Shown: positions 10,701 to 20,516, counted from the first letter of the stretch. The stretch is DNA of 64,000 nucleotides from Chamaesiphon sp. (GCA_965246715.1 CBDFFH010000038.1:132081-196080), one strand, 5' to 3'. Notes: a model not told the origin generated them from the sequence alone. Numbers and translations: made by a program.

Positions 10701-12845
10701 ATGAAGATCGACAATTCCATAATTCAAGCAACGATCGAACGTTACCAACAACGCGAGCAGCAACGAGCTGGATATTTGCAAAAGTTACAAGAGACTGGGA
10801 TCCTCAGTGCGGATACGCCGGAACGGGTAGCGATGCGGTTGGAACGCATCGCGCGTCATCCATTGACACCAATGACAATCGATCGAAACGAACGCTCTCT
10901 TACCGCTCGATCTGAAGCGCTATCTGATGAAGAGTTTCGGCAGTTGGTCCAAGAACGTAGCTTCGGTCAAAACGATTTGATGCCGGTCAACTATCTCGAA
11001 TATGCGTTGCGGGTTGCCCAGTCGGTCGGTCGGGTAATCATTCGCAATAGCAGTCGTCGCCTCGTTGGTTATGGAACGGGTTCAATGGTTTCGCCAGAAT
11101 TGATGATGACCAACAATCATGTGTTATCTACAGTTCAAGCGGGGCAGTTTGGTTTAATCGAATTCAACTATCAAAGCGATCTCGATGGTAAAATTCGTCA
11201 GTCTCAGAGCTACGAACTAGATCCCGATACATTTTTCATCACTGATGTAGGACTAGATTACACCATCCTCGCTATCAAACCGAGTCCGAGCGATCGACCC
11301 CCCGTAGCTAACTTTGGCTGGAATCGGATTATTGAAGAACAGGGCAAAGTAATTATCGGTGAATATGTCAATATTATTCAACATCCAGCGGGCGAACCCA
11401 AACAATTAGCCCTGCGCGAAAATCGAGTAGTCGATTTATTGCCGGACTTCCTCCAGTACATGACCGACACAGCTCCTGGCTCATCTGGTGCCCCGGTATT
11501 TAACGACCAATGGGAATTAGTGGGATTGCACCATTCTGGCGTGCCACAGCGAGACGATCTCCGCCATATTCTCGCGATCGATGGCACAATTTGGCAACCG
11601 GAAATGGGCGAATCGCGAATTAAATGGCTGGCGAATGAAGGAGTACGGATCGGTCGGATCGCCCAACATCTCAAGCAACAGAACCTCTCGATCGAACGAG
11701 GACGATTGCGCGATCGATTATTCGTTGCCATGCCCGATCGAAACGAGCAGATAGCTACCGATACAACTGGATTTTTCAACCCTAAATCAACTGAAACTAT
11801 GTCTTCACCAACACCATCAGATCGCAGTATTACTTGGACGATTCCCTTGCAAGTAACGGTCAGTCTCGGCCAAGTAGGGATGTCGGCTCCAGCAACTGGA
11901 GTCACACCACCAGTAGCAGCCATAACGGGGCGCGGCGAAGATCTCAAACAATCGATCGCGGCTGATTCCCAGTTACAACAAGAATTGCAAATATTAGAGC
12001 AAGCGCGTCGAGGTACGATTCCTTATTTCGAGCGGGTTGTTGACGAGCAAAATCGAAATAATTACTACAGCGCTCTAACTGGAACGCTCGATTCGCTCGA
12101 TTCCAAGCAATTATTTAAAAAATTAAGCGAATTGCTCGTTAACACCCACACTACTAAACTCTCCTATAAACCGAGCGTCCAACTTTATCCATGGGTCGAT
12201 CTCCAACCCAATCTAAAGATCCGGAGTATTTATTCCCACCAAGAATTTACACCAGAGGAAATTATTCAGGAAGATTTACTAATCGATCGCCAAAAGAATG
12301 CCCGCCTACAAGAATTGATGAGCGTCGAAGCTTCCAATCAGATAATTGACTTCCGCGAAGAGTTAGATTTATTAGAAGCCCAAATGCTCTATAACTGCGA
12401 ACATGTCGTACCTCAATCTTGGTTTGGTAAAGCCGAACCGATGCGAGGCGATCTGCATCATTTATTTGCTTGTGAAAGTAATTGCAACTCGTTTCGCAAT
12501 AATACACCTTACTTTGACTTTCCCGATTTTGAAGAAGTAACGAGAACTAATTGCGGTAAAACCGAGCGAGATCGCTTTAAATTTGAACCTAGTAATGGTA
12601 AAGGGGAAGTTGCCAGGGCTACACTATACTTTTTACTACGATATCCCGGCAAAATTAATAATACACTCGAGGAGTATAAATTCGATCGCCTAACCATGCT
12701 ATTGCAATGGAGTCAGGAGCATCCCGTTACCGAACACGAACGCCATCGAAATATGGCAATTTTCAAAAAGCAGGGCAATCGCAATCCATTAATTGATTTT
12801 CCTGAATGGGCAAGAAAAATTGATTTTAGTTTAGGTTTGGGCTAA
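10701..12845 (+). CDS. Trypsin-like serine protease fused to an endonuclease I (beta-beta-alpha-Me) domain
   Basis: Protease triad motifs TNNHV, LDY and PGSSG (plus VGLHH). Nuclease motifs CEHVVPQSW, DLHHLFAC, CNSFRNN, KGEVARATLYF and QGNRNPLID. No signal peptide is visible. Confidence 0.88.
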   Translation: MKIDNSIIQATIERYQQREQQRAGYLQKLQETGILSADTPERVAMRLERIARHPLTPMTIDRNERSLTARSEALSDEEFRQLVQERSFGQNDLMPVNYLEYALRVAQSVGRVIIRNSSRRLVGYGTGSMVSPELMMTNNHVLSTVQAGQFGLIEFNYQSDLDGKIRQSQSYELDPDTFFITDVGLDYTILAIKPSPSDRPPVANFGWNRIIEEQGKVIIGEYVNIIQHPAGEPKQLALRENRVVDLLPDFLQYMTDTAPGSSGAPVFNDQWELVGLHHSGVPQRDDLRHILAIDGTIWQPEMGESRIKWLANEGVRIGRIAQHLKQQNLSIERGRLRDRLFVAMPDRNEQIATDTTGFFNPKSTETMSSPTPSDRSITWTIPLQVTVSLGQVGMSAPATGVTPPVAAITGRGEDLKQSIAADSQLQQELQILEQARRGTIPYFERVVDEQNRNNYYSALTGTLDSLDSKQLFKKLSELLVNTHTTKLSYKPSVQLYPWVDLQPNLKIRSIYSHQEFTPEEIIQEDLLIDRQKNARLQELMSVEASNQIIDFREELDLLEAQMLYNCEHVVPQSWFGKAEPMRGDLHHLFACESNCNSFRNNTPYFDFPDFEEVTRTNCGKTERDRFKFEPSNGKGEVARATLYFLLRYPGKINNTLEEYKFDRLTMLLQWSQEHPVTEHERHRNMAIFKKQGNRNPLIDFPEWARKIDFSLGLG

Positions 12846-12985
12846 TCCAATCCCAAAAATCGTCAAAGTGCCGCTCGGAGATCGAGCTTGTTTACATTCA
12901 GGAGCATAATAACTATGTCCGGAATTCCTAATTATTCAGTATTGAAAGGTTTCATCGTCAAGGTCGACGATAAAGACCGCGATAG

Positions 12986-13009
12986 CAGGGTGAACACATC
13001 AAAATAGGA
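12986..13009. mobile_element. Solo ISAs1-like terminal sequence overlapping the mazF stop codon
   Basis: CAGGGTGAACACATCAAAATAGGA matches the IS end CAGGGTGAACGCATCAAAACAGGA (48817-48840) at 22 of 24 positions. Confidence 0.65.
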
Positions 13010-13334
13010 CTGGGTAGATTCGATTCAAGACTTCTGTGAGTAAATCCTCTGGACAAGTGCCAAGCGACATCGCCATTCTCGATCGATAGTCCAGCGAACG
13101 TAATTGGTCGGTCATGATTATGCCAGTAACGGATAGATCGGCTGGAATAGTGACATAAAAGGGATTGCGTCGCTTGGTATTGCTGATGGGACAGACTAGC
13201 GCGAAACCCCGATACTGGTTGAACTCAGTTTGACTGACTACCAGCGCGGGACGATTGCCCATCTGTTCGTGTCCGGATTGTGGATCGAAATCGATCCTAA
13301 TAAAATCTCCCCGACGAGGAATGTAATCTACCAT
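12999..13334 (-). CDS. mazF: MazF/PemK toxin
   Basis: MVDYIPRRGD..FDPQSGHEQMGNRPALVVS..DQLRSLDY; the start overlaps the antitoxin stop. Confidence 0.9.
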   Translation of the reverse strand: MVDYIPRRGDFIRIDFDPQSGHEQMGNRPALVVSQTEFNQYRGFALVCPISNTKRRNPFYVTIPADLSVTGIIMTDQLRSLDYRSRMAMSLGTCPEDLLTEVLNRIYPVLF

Positions 13335-13567
13335 TCCTCGTCTCCCACAGGTTGACCCCAATCAACTTCGGGATCTTCTTCTAATTCAGCCGCGATTATT
13401 TGTTCGAGCGTGTATTTACCATACTTGTTGATGGGATAAACCATCATCACGCCATTTTCGAGCCGACACTCAACCTCACCGTTTACAGTTAGAGCTAATT
13501 CTTCTGCAATATATTTAGGAATCCTGATTCCTAATGAGTTGCCCCATCGCCCGATTTGAGTCTTCAT
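13328..13567 (-). CDS. mazE: AbrB/MazE antitoxin
   Basis: Motifs RWGNSLGIRIPK, YTLEQI and EVDWGQPVGDEEW. Confidence 0.9.
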   Translation of the reverse strand: MKTQIGRWGNSLGIRIPKYIAEELALTVNGEVECRLENGVMMVYPINKYGKYTLEQIIAAELEEDPEVDWGQPVGDEEW

Positions 13568-13687
13568 CAGTTAAATACAAATGATACTTAAAGTATATCA
13601 TGCTAGTTACTGCTTTGGGAGCAGCCGACCCACGACCGCATACCTGCGGCAAAATTACTGATATGGAATCGCTTGAAAGGTGTTAAA

Positions 13688-14075
13688 TGTCAAGTGATTT
13701 GACGTGTCGCGACAGAAAATTGGCGGATAGGTGACGCGAAAAGGAAGTTCAGATCGAAACGATAAGTCCAGATCGTAGAAACTAGAGCAAAAAAATAGAG
13801 CAATTAGGCAGCAGCAGATTGATTCAAGCGAGCAGTAGCAGCCTGACGGGGATAGCTGTCAGTCTTAATCTCAAAGATCGTGCCATGATGAACCAGGCGA
13901 TTACCTCCGGTAGGCTACGCCAACGACAGCGGCAACAGTCATCATCGCATCCACAAAAATGGAATCCCACTGACTGAAAGGCTGATTAGCAGTGATGAGT
14001 AGACTCTTGCGTTCATAGCGATGAGCAATTAACTCAAACAACACCCAAGTCTCCGCCTCAGACTGTTTCCTTCCT
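13688..14075 (-). mobile_element. IS21-family remnant (C-terminus of the istB helper ATPase plus a probable terminus)
   Basis: Minus strand translates as SEAETWVLFELIAHRYERKSLLITANQPFSQWDSIFVDAMMTVAAV(D)RLVHHGTIFEI, broken by a 22-nt insert. A probable end begins TGTCAAG at 13688. Confidence 0.8.
13902..13923 (-). repeat. 22-nt HIP1-inserted mini-element (frameshifts the istB remnant)
   Basis: GTCG[TTGGCGTAGCCTACCGGAGGTA]ATCGC; removal restores the codons V-D-R-L. Confidence 0.85.
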
Positions 14076-14099
14076 GGCGATCGAGGTGTTAAAAATAGG

Positions 14100-14137
14100 C
14101 TTAACGTAAGTTTCTGTACGACTGCTCATTTCACCCC
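14100..14137 (-). mobile_element. Solo Tn3-family 38-bp terminal inverted repeat
   Basis: Minus strand reads GGGGTGAAATGAGCAGTCGTACAGAAACTTACGTTAAG: 38 bp with the GGGG...ACGNTAAG signature. Confidence 0.75.
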
Positions 14138-14182
14138 AAGATCGAGGTTAGCATCCTCGGTGATTAAGATGCGGCGGTTCAT
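14138..14182 (-). pseudogene. ParE/RelE toxin N-terminal stub truncated by the Tn3 end
   Basis: ATGA overlap with the antitoxin stop; reads MNRRILITEDANLDL and then runs into the IR. Confidence 0.65.
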
Positions 14183-14433
14183 ATTTGAGGCGGAAGTTGC
14201 TCGGTTAGATATTGATGCTGTTGTTCCCACCACTCATCGGTTGCTTCGACTGTTTTATTTTTTTGGAGAGTCGATCGTAACATGGCATTGACTTTCTGTT
14301 TGGCTTGACGTTCTTGCTCTTGCTCGATCGAAGCCATTAAAAACTCATCAGCAGTACTATATACACCGCTGGAAACCTGTCGATCGACGTAATCTTTCAT
14401 TGCTTCTGGTAAAGCGATGGTGAGGTAAGTCAT
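14179..14433 (-). CDS. ParD-like ribbon-helix-helix antitoxin
   Basis: Motif LTIALPEAMKDYVDRQVSSGVYSTADE. Confidence 0.75.
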   Translation of the reverse strand: MTYLTIALPEAMKDYVDRQVSSGVYSTADEFLMASIEQEQERQAKQKVNAMLRSTLQKNKTVEATDEWWEQQHQYLTEQLPPQI

Positions 14434-14462
14434 GAGGGTGTTTATGGGTCGGACTATTTGAA

Positions 14463-14729
14463 TTATAACTTATGACTCAGTTGGGCAATGAATTGTTGTG
14501 CTGTATTAAAAATCATGTTTAATCTTCTAACCAACCAAATCTCAAATACTAGATACTGATGTGCTGCCTCACCGATTAGGCTAGATAGTTCAGCATCATC
14601 ATGAACTTCATCAGGTAATAACTCATCTTTTGGATCCCGAAACATCGATTGTGATTCTAAGCGTAGATGGTAGGGGCGATAAAATTCCATTACATTCATC
14701 CAAAGCATCTTAACTTCTATGTTACTCAT
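14463..14729 (-). CDS. Hypothetical protein abutting the second mazF
   Basis: 88-aa ORF whose ATG directly follows the toxin stop; no family recognised. Confidence 0.45.
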   Translation of the reverse strand: MSNIEVKMLWMNVMEFYRPYHLRLESQSMFRDPKDELLPDEVHDDAELSSLIGEAAHQYLVFEIWLVRRLNMIFNTAQQFIAQLSHKL

Positions 14730-15107
14730 TCAACTAACTGGTTCAAAAATTTTATTAAAGCCCAAAACTATACAAACAGCTTTCTCTATTTCGCTCCAGT
14801 ATTTATGCTCTAAAGTTCCCAACTTGTTATCGATTCGCCGATTGTCAACAACCCTCATTTGTTCGAGATGAATTCCTCTATTTTCGTCTAGTCCATTATC
14901 GATCGTCGCTTCAATATTGACCACAAAGGGGTAAGTTTTTGAGCCTTTCAATAAGGGAGCTACCATCGTTGTGTCAGATCTTGCGTTGCCTACATCATTC
15001 TGAAGGATTATACAGGGGCGTTTTTTAGCTGTTTCATTGCCCACTGTCGGATCTAAATTCACCCACCAGATCTCTCCTCTCCGGTACCGTAGATCGCCAC
15101 TAGGCAT
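14730..15107 (-). CDS. MazF/PemK toxin (second copy)
   Basis: Motifs RRGEIWWVNLDPTVGNETAKKRPCIILQND and EQMRVVD. Confidence 0.9.
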   Translation of the reverse strand: MPSGDLRYRRGEIWWVNLDPTVGNETAKKRPCIILQNDVGNARSDTTMVAPLLKGSKTYPFVVNIEATIDNGLDENRGIHLEQMRVVDNRRIDNKLGTLEHKYWSEIEKAVCIVLGFNKIFEPVS

Positions 15108-15324
15108 CTATTCCATCTCCAACTGTGACATCCCACAACTCAATCTCAGCTTGATATTCCGAATCGTTTGCTAGTTCTGTGTAGGCATCCTCCAACTCTT
15201 TCAAAAATTGTCTCTTTTTTTCTTTGGACAAGATCTCGTTGATAAATTGGCTGCGATTTTGGCTCGATCGATCCACGAACTCCAAAATTTCTTCATCTAA
15301 TGTGATGCTCACTTTCGCGCTCAT
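15100..15324 (-). CDS. CopG/RHH-type antitoxin
   Basis: Motifs KVSITLDEE, NRSQFINE and WDVTVGDGI; overlaps the toxin start. Confidence 0.85.
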   Translation of the reverse strand: MSAKVSITLDEEILEFVDRSSQNRSQFINEILSKEKKRQFLKELEDAYTELANDSEYQAEIELWDVTVGDGIDA

Positions 15325-15407
15325 GACTTAATCCTACTATTTGGTGGGATAATGTTATCTTAACATACTTTCTAGATCGCAATTTTTCTAGCCTGCTAAA
15401 TATGATA

Positions 15408-15821
15408 TCAATCGTTCAAAATCTTTTTGCCGAACGGCTTGCCGTCTGCGCCAGCAATCGGCGCTCCAGCAGCATCCAGCTCGTACACGATCGGTACACC
15501 CGTTGCTAGTTCTAGTGCTGTCACTTCATCTGGACTCAACCCGTCGAGCATCATGATAATCGATCGCAATGAGTTACCATGTGCGGCAATTAAGACGTTA
15601 TCGCCTGCGAGTAGATGGGGCAAAATCCGGCTGTTAAAATAAGCAACCACTCGCTGTTGGGTATCCTCCAAACTCTCCCCGCCAGGTGGTCGAACACTGT
15701 AAGAAGCGATCGTTGCCTCAGCACGACCGCGTTCGCTCAGGGGTACATCAACCCATCCCGTGAACTTATTGAGTGCGTTCCAGAGGCTTAGACCATGCCG
15801 AACCAGAATGAGTTGAGTCAT
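15408..15821 (-). pseudogene. gpmA: 2,3-BPG-dependent phosphoglycerate mutase with a large in-frame internal deletion
   Basis: RHG, FTGWVDVPLS, PPGGESL and AHGNSLR are present, but the central part with LNERxYG is absent; only 137 aa. Confidence 0.8.
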
Positions 15822-15965
15822 TATTCTCGCTCTTTGTTATTCGCAATTCACTACTTCAATATATAACTGCCTCACGAGATCCTCACAGTAGTAACCTAAG
15901 ATCGATCGCAGTACTTAATAACTTTAAAATTCACGAAAATTTAAAACTATAAATTAAACTACTTT

Positions 15966-18605
15966 ATGAATAATTCTAGTCAGAATGCCAATTCTGTAGA
16001 TTCATCCAATGCACTTATCGATATCGCTCAGAAAGATGTGGATGGAGTTCTGAAATTATTCGACACTACGCTAGAAGGGTTAACTGAAACCGAAGCCCAG
16101 CGGCGATTGGCAAAATCTGGGCTAAATGAAATCGCCCGCGAAAAGCCGAGCAAGTGGTATATCCAACTGCTCAGAACGATCACCAATCCCCTCTCACTGT
16201 TACTAATTGCTCTAGGGGCAATTTCATTATTAACAGGAAGTGCCACCGCTGGCTTCATCATTTTTATGATGGTAGTTTTCGGAGGACTATTACGGTTTTC
16301 CCAAGAATTTCAGTCGAATAAAGCTGCCGAAAAGCTGCGGGAAATGGTCAGTATCACCGCCGCAGTGAGTCGCCAAGGCGATACTAACGCAAGCACCTCG
16401 AAAGAGCAACAAGGCATCACCGGAACCGAAATTGCAGTCAAGTTGCTAGTACCAGGGGATATTGTGTTTCTCTCCGCTGGAGATATGATTCCCGCTGATA
16501 TTCGACTGATTGTAGCGAAGGATTTATTTCTGGGTCAATCTACTCTTACAGGTGAATCTCTCCCTGTCGAAAAACACGTAGATCTCACCGACAAGCAGGA
16601 GCAAAACCCCCTAGAACTAGTCAATCTCTGCTTTATGGGCACTACTGTAGTTAGTGGTTCTGGCACCGCTGTGGTCGCCGAAACTGGCAGTCATACTTAT
16701 CTGGCATCTCTAGCAAAAACGCTCGGTGGCAACCGAGTCCGCACCAGTTTTGATAAAGCTGTAAATAGTGTTACTACACTACTATTACGGTTCATGCTAA
16801 TTATGGCTCCACTCGTCTTTTTGATTAATGGCATCGTCAAACATAATTGGGTGCAAGCATTTACCTTTGCTTTGTCCGTAGCGGTGGGCTTGGCTCCCGA
16901 AATGTTGCCTGTAATTGTCACCGCAAATTTGGCGAAAGGGGCGATCGTAATGTCTGACAAAAAAGTGATTGTCAAAAACATCGATGCAATTCAAGATTTT
17001 GGCTCGATGAATATTCTCTGTACTGATAAAACAGGCACTCTCACCCAAGACAAAATCGTTTTACAGAGACATTTAGATCCCTATGGAAAGGAAAGTTTAG
17101 ATGTACTTAGATATGCCTATCTTAATAGCTTCTACCAGACTGGATTGAAAAATTTATTGGATGTTGCAGTATTAGAGCATAAACAAGAAATTGCCGATTT
17201 GAATATTGAGAAAGACTATCACAAATTTGATGAAATTCCCTTCGACTTTGTACGGCGGCGGATGTCGGTAATCATCGCCGAAACGGGAAAAGACCATGTT
17301 CTAATTTGCAAAGGTGCAGTTGAAGAAGTCCTCAAAGTATGCACTCAACTCAAAGTTGATGACAAGATTTTGCCGATGGATGAGTCAGTTCATACTAGAG
17401 TTGCCGATTTACAACAAAAACTCAATTCCGACGGCTTACGGGTCATTGCAGTGGCATATAAAATGATCCCACTAGAACAATCCCACTGCGCGATCGCTGA
17501 TGAAAGTAATCTGATTCTATTAGGTAATATTGCATTTCTCGATCCACCTAAAGATTCCGCCGCTCAAGCCCTCAAAGCACTCAAGCGTAATGGAGTCGAA
17601 GTGAAGATTTTAACCGGAGATAATGAGATTATTACTCGTAAAATTTGTCGAGATGTGGGTTTACCCATTCAAAATGTTTTATTAGGTAGCGATATTGAAT
17701 CTTTAGTAGATGATAAATTAGCCGAAGTTGCTGCAACCACTACTATTTTTGCTAAATTCTCACCTACCCAAAAAGCTAAGGTGATTCAGGTATTACGCAA
17801 TGCAGGCAACATTGTTGGCTATATGGGCGATGGCATCAATGATGCCGCTGCTTTACGAGAAGCAGATGTCGGTATCTCAGTCGATACCGCTGCTGATGTT
17901 GCCAAAGAATCGGCAGATATCATCTTACTCGAAAAAAACTTATTAGTCCTAGAGTCTGGAGTCACGATCGGTCGCCAGACTTTTTCTAATATAGTTAAAT
18001 ATATCAGAATGGGTACTAGTTCTAATTTTGGTAATATGTTTAGTGTCTTGGGTGCGAGTGCATTAATACCATTTTTACCGATGCAGCCAGTTCAGATCTT
18101 AATCAATAATCTCCTCTACGATTTTTCCCAAACGGGTATCCCTTTCGATAACGTGGACAAAGAAGATCTCGTCAAGCCACCTAAGTGGAAGATAGAAAAT
18201 ATTCGCAGGTTTATGATCTTCATCGGCCCGATTAGTTCTATCTTCGACTATGCCACTTATGCCATTATGTGGTTTGTGTTTGGAGCGAATGCTATAGAGC
18301 ATCAAGCTTTATTTCAAACAGGTTGGTTTGTCGAAAGCCTGATGACTCAAACCCTCATCGTCCATGTTATTCGGACGGCTAAGGTACCTTTTTTCCAGAG
18401 TCGAGCTTCTTTACCCATGCTGCTGATTACCGCTACTGTGATGTGCATTGGCATGTATTTACCATTTTCGCCGATCGCGTCTAGTTTGGGATTTGTCCCG
18501 TTACCAGCCGTTTATTTCCTCTGGTTAGCTGGTATCTTGACTTGCTATTGCGTACTAACTCAATTTGTCAAAACTTGGTTCATTAAGAAATATGGTTATA
18601 CCTAA
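15966..18605 (+). CDS. mgtA: Magnesium-translocating P-type ATPase
   Basis: Motifs TGES, PEMLP, DKTGTLT, PFDFVRRRMS, GDGIND, SSNFGNMFS and NNLLYD. Confidence 0.93.
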   Translation: MNNSSQNANSVDSSNALIDIAQKDVDGVLKLFDTTLEGLTETEAQRRLAKSGLNEIAREKPSKWYIQLLRTITNPLSLLLIALGAISLLTGSATAGFIIFMMVVFGGLLRFSQEFQSNKAAEKLREMVSITAAVSRQGDTNASTSKEQQGITGTEIAVKLLVPGDIVFLSAGDMIPADIRLIVAKDLFLGQSTLTGESLPVEKHVDLTDKQEQNPLELVNLCFMGTTVVSGSGTAVVAETGSHTYLASLAKTLGGNRVRTSFDKAVNSVTTLLLRFMLIMAPLVFLINGIVKHNWVQAFTFALSVAVGLAPEMLPVIVTANLAKGAIVMSDKKVIVKNIDAIQDFGSMNILCTDKTGTLTQDKIVLQRHLDPYGKESLDVLRYAYLNSFYQTGLKNLLDVAVLEHKQEIADLNIEKDYHKFDEIPFDFVRRRMSVIIAETGKDHVLICKGAVEEVLKVCTQLKVDDKILPMDESVHTRVADLQQKLNSDGLRVIAVAYKMIPLEQSHCAIADESNLILLGNIAFLDPPKDSAAQALKALKRNGVEVKILTGDNEIITRKICRDVGLPIQNVLLGSDIESLVDDKLAEVAATTTIFAKFSPTQKAKVIQVLRNAGNIVGYMGDGINDAAALREADVGISVDTAADVAKESADIILLEKNLLVLESGVTIGRQTFSNIVKYIRMGTSSNFGNMFSVLGASALIPFLPMQPVQILINNLLYDFSQTGIPFDNVDKEDLVKPPKWKIENIRRFMIFIGPISSIFDYATYAIMWFVFGANAIEHQALFQTGWFVESLMTQTLIVHVIRTAKVPFFQSRASLPMLLITATVMCIGMYLPFSPIASSLGFVPLPAVYFLWLAGILTCYCVLTQFVKTWFIKKYGYT

Positions 18606-19256
18606 TTCGATCCAGAGTACCTAACCGCAGAATGGGGCTAGCGTTACAGGACTTAATACAAGTAACACTTATCACCAAATACCCAGGAGACCCGATCTGT
18701 TAAATGCAAAACAGCATGAAATAGGAATGCCAACAGGTTAAGTGTCAGCAAACAAGCCGCTAAATGCTCTTATCCATGACCAAAATTATGCTCCAATCGT
18801 CTCCGAGCAAGGTGATTGGTTGTCCTTTAACAGTAATCCCCCTAATCTATCTATATGCGATCGATTGTCACCATGGCTGAATATCGTCTCGCTTATATCC
18901 CAGGAAGTAGCGTATTTATTACCCTGGTTACTTATCAGTAGAAAAAACTGTTGCTCGCAGCAGAAAATATCGATAAGCTAAGGCAAGCTTGTGAAATAAC
19001 GATCTCTGAAAAACCGTTCGAGATTGAGATCGAATTTCATAAATTAATCGAATTTAGATCGATCGGTTGTGTAGTATAACGAGATTGCTATGTTGGCGAT
19101 ATATAGATATTGAAAATAGTTTAGTTAGTTGCGTAGTTAGTGCTGTGGACAGTGCATACAAACACCATTATCGATTTAGTAATGTAAGTATTTGAGGTGG
19201 CTAATATCGATTGCCTACTACACGTTTTGCGATCGATTATTGTAGAGATTATATCG

Positions 19257-19278
19257 TTCGCGTAGCGTACCGTAGGTA
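19257..19278 (+). repeat. 22-nt HIP1-inserted mini-element
   Basis: ATCG[TTCGCGTAGCGTACCGTAGGTA]ATCG. Confidence 0.8.
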
Positions 19279-19584
19279 ATCGAATCAAGCAGTTTAAGTT
19301 CTTATTACTTCGGCTATGTATGGTCTGTGGGCAGTGCCCACCCTACGTTTCTAAGGTAACTAATCAGATTTTGGAGTGATTACAGGCGATCAAAGTAGTT
19401 AACACGTACTAATGTTTGAGTGCTGATAGGATTCGTGTGTTTATTTTGACGCAAATATGACTATTTTGGTCTTTTTTCCCGATTTCTCTGACTCATTATC
19501 TGAGAAAAAGCTGGATTAGCAATTTTCTCCTTAAATCCATCACAAATTTCATTACGTTTCATTCTTCATGAATAATGCAGGCTA

Positions 19585-19740
19585 GCCGAAGCCACCATCA
19601 GCATCGACGACGATGCCAACGGAGTAGGCTGGTTCCATCGACACCACCTCAGCGGATAATAGCGAATTCACAGGAACAGACACCTACTTCCAAGCCACCC
19701 TCACCACCAGCCAAGCCATCGAGATCGTCTTCAACCGGGT
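19585..19740 (+). pseudogene. Frameshifted fragment of a large secreted repeat protein
   Basis: AEATISIDDDANGVGWF, then an extra C near 19636, then IDTTSADNSEFTG. This matches the 'IDxDAxGxGWFIDxTPxDNSEF' motif of giant surface proteins. Confidence 0.55.
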
Positions 19741-19757
19741 TTTTAGCTGAATAGATT

Positions 19758-20516
19758 TTAGGGAACTGTGAGTAGGCACAGGATAAATGCTTCCGACCAT
19801 TCAACGATCGCGCCATAAGTATCGCCTGTATGTCCGCCCAACTTCCGATCGAAATAATATCCCATCAGCACCGCCACCCCACACCCAGCTAGAGATCTCA
19901 ACCCCAATACTAGCCAAGCTTGTGGCTGGAGATAAATTTGGCAACCAGTCACCAGCAGGAGCGGGACTAAGCCTACCAAGAGATCTTGTGGTAATTTCAT
20001 CCCTTGCCGATGAAATGCCCCCTTACCTTGCACTTTGAGATAGGGATATAAAGCGATCGCGAGTACCTGTCCCCACCGACTCCACCCCGCTGCTAGCATC
20101 AGCGCCCAGACTCGATCGTCAGTAATTGATGTCAGCGCGCAAGCCTTGAGCAATACGATCGCCACTGCCACCATCGCCCCAAATGCACCCGTGACACTAT
20201 CCGACATCACCGTCAACCGTCGATCGGGATCTTGCACCGCCAAGCCATCAGCAGCATCCATCGCCCCATCGAGATGCAGTCCACCCGTCCACCAGATCCA
20301 TAGTGCGACAATGAGACTCGATCGCATTAATATCGGCATTTTCAGCCACTCCAATCCTAGATCGATCGAGCCTAATACTCCCCCTAATAACACCCCAATT
20401 AATGGTGCCCACCGCGCGATTCGAGTAAAGTCTAGCTGTAAATTAGTAGGAATGGGACAGCAAGTATAAAAGGCGATCGCAGCAAGTAGCGAGGTTGATT
20501 TGTTCGTTAATGACAC
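19758..20516 (-). CDS. cobS: Adenosylcobinamide-GDP ribazoletransferase
   Basis: Motifs TGGLHLDGAMDAADG, MSDSVTGAFG and LGGHTGDTYGA. Confidence 0.93.
   Translation of the reverse strand: MSLTNKSTSLLAAIAFYTCCPIPTNLQLDFTRIARWAPLIGVLLGGVLGSIDLGLEWLKMPILMRSSLIVALWIWWTGGLHLDGAMDAADGLAVQDPDRRLTVMSDSVTGAFGAMVAVAIVLLKACALTSITDDRVWALMLAAGWSRWGQVLAIALYPYLKVQGKGAFHRQGMKLPQDLLVGLVPLLLVTGCQIYLQPQAWLVLGLRSLAGCGVAVLMGYYFDRKLGGHTGDTYGAIVEWSEAFILCLLTVP

Noticed and set aside
15822..15965. Mg2+ riboswitch or leader peptide before mgtA
   Set aside because: Short AT-rich spacer with no recognisable M-box or Pro-rich leader.
18742..18981. 79-aa ORF after mgtA
   Set aside because: No recognisable motifs or RBS, in a degraded intergenic region.
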